From NCBI GenBank assembly GCA_035539555.1, contig DATLIG010000155.1, positions 2,422 to 66,421 on the forward strand: 64,000 nucleotides of DNA, given 5' to 3'. Positions 57,139-64,000 of the stretch are shown piece by piece. The notes under the pieces were generated by a model, which searched no databases, had not been told where the DNA came from, and saw only the letters and a program-made list of their open reading frames with translations. The position numbers and the translations under genes are program-made. The DNA comes from Nocardioides sp. Its GTDB lineage: Bacteria; Actinomycetota; Actinomycetes; Propionibacteriales; Nocardioidaceae. Within the stretch, counting starts at the first letter, position 1; the number at the start of each line of letters is the position of its first letter.

Positions 57139-59298
57139 ATGGAGCCCGTGGAGGAGCACTTCCTGGACGTCGTACGACGGCTGCCGCCACCGCCTGCGGA
57201 GCGAGCCGCCGCGACGACGCACCTGGACCACGACCTGCTGGCGCTGTTCCGGGCGCAGGCGACGAGCCGCCACCTCGACCTCGCGGCACGTGAGCTGCAG
57301 CGGGCGGGCGCGGGCTACTACACGATCGCGTCGGCGGGCCACGAGTCGAACGCGGCGCTCGGGATGCTCTCGGGGCCCGGCGACCCGGCCCTGCTCCACT
57401 ACCGCTCGGGCGCCTTCTACGCGGCCCGTGCCTTCGCCTCGGGCACGGTCGACCCGGTGCGGGAGACCCTGCGCGGCCTGACCTGCTCGGCGCTGGACCC
57501 CGCCTCGGGGGGACGGCACAAGGTGATCGGGCACCCCGACCTCGGCATCGTTCCGCAGACCTCGACCATCGCCTCCCACCTGCCGCGTGCGGTCGGGCTC
57601 GGCTTCGCACTCGGGCTCGCCGCGGCCTCGGGGCGGGAGACGGGGTGGGCCGACGACGCGGTGGTGGTCGCCAGCTTCGGCGACGCGTCGCTCAACCACT
57701 CCACCGCGGCCGGCGCCCTCAACGCGGCGGCCTACCTCGCCCACCGGCACAAGGACTGCCCGGTCCTCCTCGTCTGCGAGGACAACGGCCTCGGCATCAG
57801 CACCCCGTCGCCGCGAGGCTGGGTCGGCACGGCGCTGCAGTCGGTGCCCGGCCTGCCGTACTTCGAGGTCGACGGCGACGCCCCCATCGCACTGCTCGGC
57901 GTCGCCCGGCACGCGCTCGCGCAGGTCCGCGAGAGCCGGCGCCCGGCGATCCTGCACCTGCACACGGTGCGCTTCCTGGGCCACGCCGGCTCCGACGTCG
58001 AGATCGCCTACCGCACCCCGCGCGCCCTCGCCGCCGACCTCGAGCGCGACCCGCTGGTCGCCACCGCTCGGGTCCTCGTCGAGCGGGGCGTGCGCGCGCC
58101 CACCGCCCTCCTCCACGAGTACGACGCCCTCCGCGCCGACGTCGCCAGGACCACCCCCGAGGTGCGAGCCGAGGAGCCGCTCCGGTCCCGGGAGGAGGTG
58201 ATGGCGCCGCTGGCCCACACCGGGCGGCGCCGGGCGGTCGTCCGCGTCGGGGCCGCCGGGGACCGGACGACCGGGCAGGTCACCCTCGCCCAGGCGGTCA
58301 ACCGGACCCTCGCCGCCGAGCTCGCCGCGGACCCCGGCGTACTCGTCTTCGGGGAGGACGTCGGCGCGAAGGGTGGCGTCTACGGCGTCACCCGGGGACT
58401 GGCCGCGACCTTCGGTGCCGGCCGCGTCTTCGACACGCTCCTGGACGAGCAGACGGTGCTCGGCACCGCCCTCGGCGCGGCACTCGCGGGCTACACGCCG
58501 GTGCCGGAGATCCAGTACCTCGCCTACCTGCACAACGCCGAGGACCAGCTGCGCGGGGAGGCCGCGTCGCTGCGCTTCTTCTCCGCCGGACAGCACGACA
58601 ACGGCATGGTGGTGCGGGTCGCCGGCCTGGCCTACCAGAGGGGCTTCGGCGGCCACTTCCACAACGACAACTCGGTCGCGGTGCTGCGCGACGTGCCCGG
58701 GCTCGTGCTGGCGGTGCCGAGCCACCCGGCGCTGGCGCCTGCCCTGCTGCGGGGCTGTCTCGCCCTGGCCCGAGAAGGGCGGGTCGTGGTCTTCCTGGAG
58801 CCGATCGCCCGCTATCACACGAGGGATCTCGTCGACGGTGACGAGGCCTGGCTGGCTCCCTTCGACGCGACCGGCTCCCTCGGGCTCGGCGACGTCGCCG
58901 TCCACGGCAGTGGCGCCGACCTTCTCCTGGTCACCTTCGGCAACGGCGTCCACCTCAGCCGCACGGCGGCACTGGCGCTGGAGGCGGAGGGCATCGCCGC
59001 CACTGTGCTGGACCTGGTCTGGATCGCGCCGCTCCCGGTCGAGGCGCTGGTCGAGGCGGCCCGCGCGGCACGGGCGGTGCTGGTCGTCGACGAGACCCGG
59101 GCGTCCGGGGGAGTCAGCGAGGGTGTCGTCACGGCGCTGGTCGATGCCGGCGTCGACGTACCGATGGCACGGGTGGCGAGCGCCGACAGCTACGTCCCGC
59201 TGGGCCCGGCCGCGGCGACGGTGCTCCTCCGGGCCGACGAGGTCGTCGACGCCGGGCGCCGCCTGGTCAGGAGAGCCTCGGGGTCGGCTCAGGGGTGA
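57139..59298 (+). CDS. ThDP-dependent 2-oxoacid dehydrogenase E1 alpha/beta fusion
   Basis: GDASLNH..CEDN ThDP motif, GHAGSD, FGEDV..KGGVYGVT, FDTLLDE, EIQYLAY. Confidence 0.9.
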   Translation: MEPVEEHFLDVVRRLPPPPAERAAATTHLDHDLLALFRAQATSRHLDLAARELQRAGAGYYTIASAGHESNAALGMLSGPGDPALLHYRSGAFYAARAFASGTVDPVRETLRGLTCSALDPASGGRHKVIGHPDLGIVPQTSTIASHLPRAVGLGFALGLAAASGRETGWADDAVVVASFGDASLNHSTAAGALNAAAYLAHRHKDCPVLLVCEDNGLGISTPSPRGWVGTALQSVPGLPYFEVDGDAPIALLGVARHALAQVRESRRPAILHLHTVRFLGHAGSDVEIAYRTPRALAADLERDPLVATARVLVERGVRAPTALLHEYDALRADVARTTPEVRAEEPLRSREEVMAPLAHTGRRRAVVRVGAAGDRTTGQVTLAQAVNRTLAAELAADPGVLVFGEDVGAKGGVYGVTRGLAATFGAGRVFDTLLDEQTVLGTALGAALAGYTPVPEIQYLAYLHNAEDQLRGEAASLRFFSAGQHDNGMVVRVAGLAYQRGFGGHFHNDNSVAVLRDVPGLVLAVPSHPALAPALLRGCLALAREGRVVVFLEPIARYHTRDLVDGDEAWLAPFDATGSLGLGDVAVHGSGADLLLVTFGNGVHLSRTAALALEAEGIAATVLDLVWIAPLPVEALVEAARAARAVLVVDETRASGGVSEGVVTALVDAGVDVPMARVASADSYVPLGPAAATVLLRADEVVDAGRRLVRRASGSAQG

Positions 59299-59380
59299 TC
59301 CCGATGGCCCGCTGGACCAGCACTCCCTAGCGTCGGAGGACCAGCCGGGAACGCCCGGCCGATCGCGCGAGGGGCAAGCC

Positions 59381-60364
59381 ATGAAGGCGTTGGTGCAGGA
59401 CATCTACGGCACGTCCGACGTGCTCCGGCTCGAGGACGTCGAGGACCCGGTCGCCGGCGAGGGCGAGGTCCTCGTCCGGATCGCCGCGGCGTCGGTCAAC
59501 GCCGCCGACTGGCACATCATGCGCGGCGAGCCGCGGATCGCGCGGCTGATGGACCGCAAGATGTTCGGCCGGAGGCGTCCGCGCGAGCGGATCCGCGGGC
59601 GTGACCTCGCCGGGACCATCGAGGCCGTCGGACCCGGCGTCGTGGGGTGGCAGGTCGGCGACGAGGTGATGGGGGAGGACGAGGCGACGCTGGCCGAGTA
59701 CGCCGCCGTCCCCGCCTCCTGCCTGGCGCGCAAGCCGGCCGGCCTCTCCTTCGAGCACGCCGCCGCACTGCCGCTCGCGGCCGGCACCGCCGACCTGTGC
59801 CTGACCGCCGGCGCCGTCCGGGCCGGCCACCGGGTGCTGGTGATCGGCGCCTCCGGCGGGGTGGGGACCTTCGCCGTCCAGCTGGCGGCCCGAACCGGCG
59901 CCACGGTGACCGGCGTCTGCAGCACCCGCAATGTGGAGCTGGTGACGTCGCTCGGCGCGAGCTCGGTCGTCGACTACACGCAGGAGGACTTCACCCGCAC
60001 CGGTGCGGCGTACGACGTCGTGGTGGACCTCGTCGGCAACCGGCGCCTGCGCGACCTGCGCCGGGTGGTGGCGAAGGGCGGCACGCTCGTGCTGTCCGGC
60101 GGTGGCAACCCCGGCGAGGGCCGGCTCGTCGGACCGGTCGGGCTGATGGCGAAGGGCGGCCTGTTCGGTCGGTTGCTGGGGCTGCGGGTGCAGATCCCGT
60201 TGGCCGCGCCCGACGCCGCGCGTCTCACCGAGCTCGCCGCGCTGGCCGCGGCGGGTCTGCTGCGACCCGTCGTCGAGCGGACCTTCCCGCTCGCCGACGC
60301 GGCGGCGGCGATCCGGCACCTGGAGGTCGAGCACGCCCGGGGCAAGGTCGTCGTCACCGTCTGA
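59381..60364 (+). CDS. NAD(P)-dependent MDR alcohol dehydrogenase-like protein
   Basis: SVNAADWH, GASGGVGTFAVQLA, HARGKVVV. Confidence 0.92.
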   Translation: MKALVQDIYGTSDVLRLEDVEDPVAGEGEVLVRIAAASVNAADWHIMRGEPRIARLMDRKMFGRRRPRERIRGRDLAGTIEAVGPGVVGWQVGDEVMGEDEATLAEYAAVPASCLARKPAGLSFEHAAALPLAAGTADLCLTAGAVRAGHRVLVIGASGGVGTFAVQLAARTGATVTGVCSTRNVELVTSLGASSVVDYTQEDFTRTGAAYDVVVDLVGNRRLRDLRRVVAKGGTLVLSGGGNPGEGRLVGPVGLMAKGGLFGRLLGLRVQIPLAAPDAARLTELAALAAAGLLRPVVERTFPLADAAAAIRHLEVEHARGKVVVTV

Positions 60365-60454
60365 GCGGCGCTCCGGCAACCGCCAGGTAGGCGTACGGTG
60401 GGAAGGGCATCGACGCGATCATGTCCGGTCGCGTGGATCGACGGGGGTGATGTC

Positions 60455-61255
60455 GTGCGCACCATTGCCGCGGCCTGCGTCGCGGGCCTGATGGTCCTCC
60501 TCGCCGCCTGCGGTTCGGACGACCCGTCCGAGCCGGGGGCCGAGGCGTCGTCGACCGGCCTGCCACGGTCCGACGAGCCCGTCATCCTGGACCCGGCGCG
60601 GTTCACCGCGGAGGTGACGAACCCGTGGTTCCCGCTGGAGCCGGGCACCCGGTGGACCTACCGGGAGACGACCGAAGACGGCGAGGAACTGCGCGTCGTG
60701 GTGACCGCAACACCGCTCACCCAGCCGATCGCCAACGGCGTCACGGCCCGGGTGGTGCGGGACACGGTGACCCTCGACGGGGAGGTCGTCGAGGACACCC
60801 TCGACTGGTACGCCCAGGACGACGAGGGCACGGTCTGGTACCTCGGCGAGGACACGGCCGAGTTCGAGGACGGCGAGGTCACCAGCCGTGAGGGGTCGTT
60901 CGAGGCGGGCGTCGACGGTGCCGAGGCCGGGGTCATCATGCCGGCGTCGCCCGAGGTCGGCCTGGCCTACCGTCAGGAGCACTACGCCGGCCAGGCCGAG
61001 GACCGGGGCGAGGTCCTCGCCGTCGGCCAGACGGCGCAGGTCCCCGCCGGGCAGTACGACGACCTCCTGCAGACCGCCGACACCACCCCGCTCGAGCCCG
61101 ACGTGCTCGAGCACAAGTACTACGCCCGCGGGGTCGGCCTGGTGCTCACGATCGACAAGGAGGCGGGCGGCCGCGAGGAGCTCCTGTCGGCCACCCGGAT
61201 CGGGGAGGCCCGGGCCCGCCGCGCCGGCGAGGCCCCATTGGGCGAGGCCTACTGA
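60455..61255 (+). CDS. Putative lipoprotein
   Basis: Lipobox LAAC; NPWFPLEPG, DWYAQD..VWYLGE, KYYARGVG. Confidence 0.8.
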   Translation: MRTIAAACVAGLMVLLAACGSDDPSEPGAEASSTGLPRSDEPVILDPARFTAEVTNPWFPLEPGTRWTYRETTEDGEELRVVVTATPLTQPIANGVTARVVRDTVTLDGEVVEDTLDWYAQDDEGTVWYLGEDTAEFEDGEVTSREGSFEAGVDGAEAGVIMPASPEVGLAYRQEHYAGQAEDRGEVLAVGQTAQVPAGQYDDLLQTADTTPLEPDVLEHKYYARGVGLVLTIDKEAGGREELLSATRIGEARARRAGEAPLGEAY

Positions 61256-61611
61256 GCGCGATCCCGGTCGGCGCCGCCGCCGTCACGGCCGGGGCAGGAC
61301 GCGCTGCCGCTCGTGCCGGGCGGCCCGCGGTCTTGCGCCGCGGGTCGACCGGAGGATCCGGGCGCTCGCTCCCCATGAAGCGGGCATCCGGAGAAGCCCG
61401 CGCTGGTCTCCTCCGACGGTAGGTCGGTGGTGGCGCTCGTTGAATAGTCGGATCCGATGGTCAGGGGCGCCGCTCACGTGGGTCGGGAGCCGGTCCGCGG
61501 ACAACTCCCAGCCTTCTGGGAGTCGCGATCACCCCCGGTTCCGGGATGGTCCTCGACCCGCGTCGGCCGGAAGGTGGTCGCTGTCCCTTCCGAACCACCA
61601 GAGGAAGCTCC

Positions 61612-63081
61612 ATGAAGACCCCGACCCGGCCCCACCTGGCCGGTCTCATCGCCCTGACGGCCGCGCTGGCCGTCGTACCCCCTCCCGCGGACGCGGCGGC
61701 CCGCGCGACCTGCGCCGGCGTGCGGGCCACCATCGTCGGCACCGCCGGCGCGGACGTCATCCGCGGCACCACCCGCAAGGACGTCATCGCCGGCCTCGGC
61801 GGCAACGACCGCATCGTCGGTCGCGGCGGGGCCGACATCATCTGCGGCGGCGCCGGCAACGACGTCGTCGTGACCAGCACCAGCGGCCGGGCCCGGCTCT
61901 ACGGCGACGGCGGTGCCGACTCGGTGACCGGCAACGGTCCGGCGGACCACGTCGACGGAGGTCCCGGCAACGACGTCGTGCGGACGACGGCGCGCGGGGT
62001 CCTCCTCGTCGGCGGTACCGGCAACGACCGCCTCACCGGAGGGAGGTACGACGACCGGCTGGCCGGCGGCGACGGTGACGACGTCGTGCGTGGTGGGCCC
62101 GGCTCGGACATCGTGCACGGCAACGATGGCGCCGACCAGGTGCTCAGCGACACTGGGCGGGGCGACCAGCTCTGGGGCGATGCGGGCGACGACCGGCTGG
62201 TCGCCGACGCCGTGCACGCGTCGGTGTTCGGCGGGATCGGGGACGACCTCCTGACCGATCGCGCGGGCGAGGGCCTGCTGTTCGGCGGCGAGGGCGACGA
62301 CCAGCTCAACGGCGCCGACGTGCCCGGCGTCGCCGAGGGTGGCTTCGGCAATGACCTGATCCTGCTCGGCGACGGGAACGACGAGGACGTCCACGGCGGA
62401 CCCGGGAGGGACGAGATCGACGGTGGAGGTGGCCAGGACGTCCTCGATGCCGACGACGACGCCGACACCTGCCGTGGTGGGTCGGGCACGGACACCTGCC
62501 ACGGCGGCAGCCCGGGCGGTCCCGAGAACCTGCCGGGGGACGACGACGTCTGCGACGCGGAGGTGAAGATCTCGTGCCGCGACGTGGCACTGCCGGCGCG
62601 CTGGCGGGTCCACCTCGAGGGCACCTCCGTGCACACGGTGGGCGACAGCTACGAGACCACCACCGTGTGGTCGCTGACCGGTGACGTGATCCGCTCCTTC
62701 GCTCAGGACGGCAAGACCTGGTACCTGCTGACCACCGGCCTCACCGGCACCTGGACCGCGACCGGCCACAACCAGTACTGCACGATCAACGGCAGTGGGC
62801 CGATCGGCGACGGCGACCTTTCCTTCGTGCTCGCCCTCGACGAACCGGGGGAGGCCTACCGCTTCGAGTGGGGCGGGCTCGCCGACACCATCGGTACGGC
62901 GACCTGCCCCTGGGGTGAGGACGCGCACCAGATCCACACCGACACGACCGACGGCGTGGTCGCCGGTTGGAATCCGGGCGAGCCGCTGGCGGTCCTCGCC
63001 GGTCACCGGGACTCTCCGGCGGGCGACGCCGGCGACACCGCCCGGACCGACTACACCTGGACGATCACGCCGGTGGAGTGA
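61612..63081 (+). CDS. Secreted RTX-like calcium-binding repeat protein
   Basis: Signal peptide, TCAGVRATIVGT, many GGxGxD repeats, beta-rich C-terminal domain. Confidence 0.88.
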   Translation: MKTPTRPHLAGLIALTAALAVVPPPADAAARATCAGVRATIVGTAGADVIRGTTRKDVIAGLGGNDRIVGRGGADIICGGAGNDVVVTSTSGRARLYGDGGADSVTGNGPADHVDGGPGNDVVRTTARGVLLVGGTGNDRLTGGRYDDRLAGGDGDDVVRGGPGSDIVHGNDGADQVLSDTGRGDQLWGDAGDDRLVADAVHASVFGGIGDDLLTDRAGEGLLFGGEGDDQLNGADVPGVAEGGFGNDLILLGDGNDEDVHGGPGRDEIDGGGGQDVLDADDDADTCRGGSGTDTCHGGSPGGPENLPGDDDVCDAEVKISCRDVALPARWRVHLEGTSVHTVGDSYETTTVWSLTGDVIRSFAQDGKTWYLLTTGLTGTWTATGHNQYCTINGSGPIGDGDLSFVLALDEPGEAYRFEWGGLADTIGTATCPWGEDAHQIHTDTTDGVVAGWNPGEPLAVLAGHRDSPAGDAGDTARTDYTWTITPVE

Positions 63082-63156
63082 TGGCGGTGGAGTGAGAGGG
63101 AGTGAACCAGGACGACGGTGGGGCGGCGCACGCGAGCGCGCCGCCCCACCGGTCGC

Positions 63157-64000
<844 letters not shown>

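Overview
High-GC actinobacterial chromosome; gene order and composition suggest Nocardioides or a relative (inference). Bases 1-26.7 kb are the conserved adnA-adnB-nudC-mrx1-uvrD2-whiB7 ... PDZ/Lon-UPF0182-tRNA-fMet block, syntenic with M. tuberculosis Rv3202c-Rv3193c. It includes a complete whiB7 uORF/attenuator, PafBC-like promoters, a cluster of DnaA-type boxes and several small ORFs missing from the ORF track. A 5.2-kb tyrosine-recombinase island sits in the tRNA-fMet 3' end, bounded by a 35-bp direct repeat, and carries two SDR paralogues, a DJ-1/Hsp31-like protein, a TetR and a decayed inverted second recombinase. Bases 32-64 kb are accessory redox/lipid-catabolic genes, including a CrtR-like desaturase-reductase-ferredoxin fusion, a CrtA-like protein and two cholesterol-oxidase-type GMC enzymes. 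The most striking unexplained element is a ~230-nt non-coding RNA candidate (543->316, minus strand) with a promoter, a multibranch fold, a 7-bp loop-loop pseudoknot and a terminator. All calls were made by eye; no searches were run.
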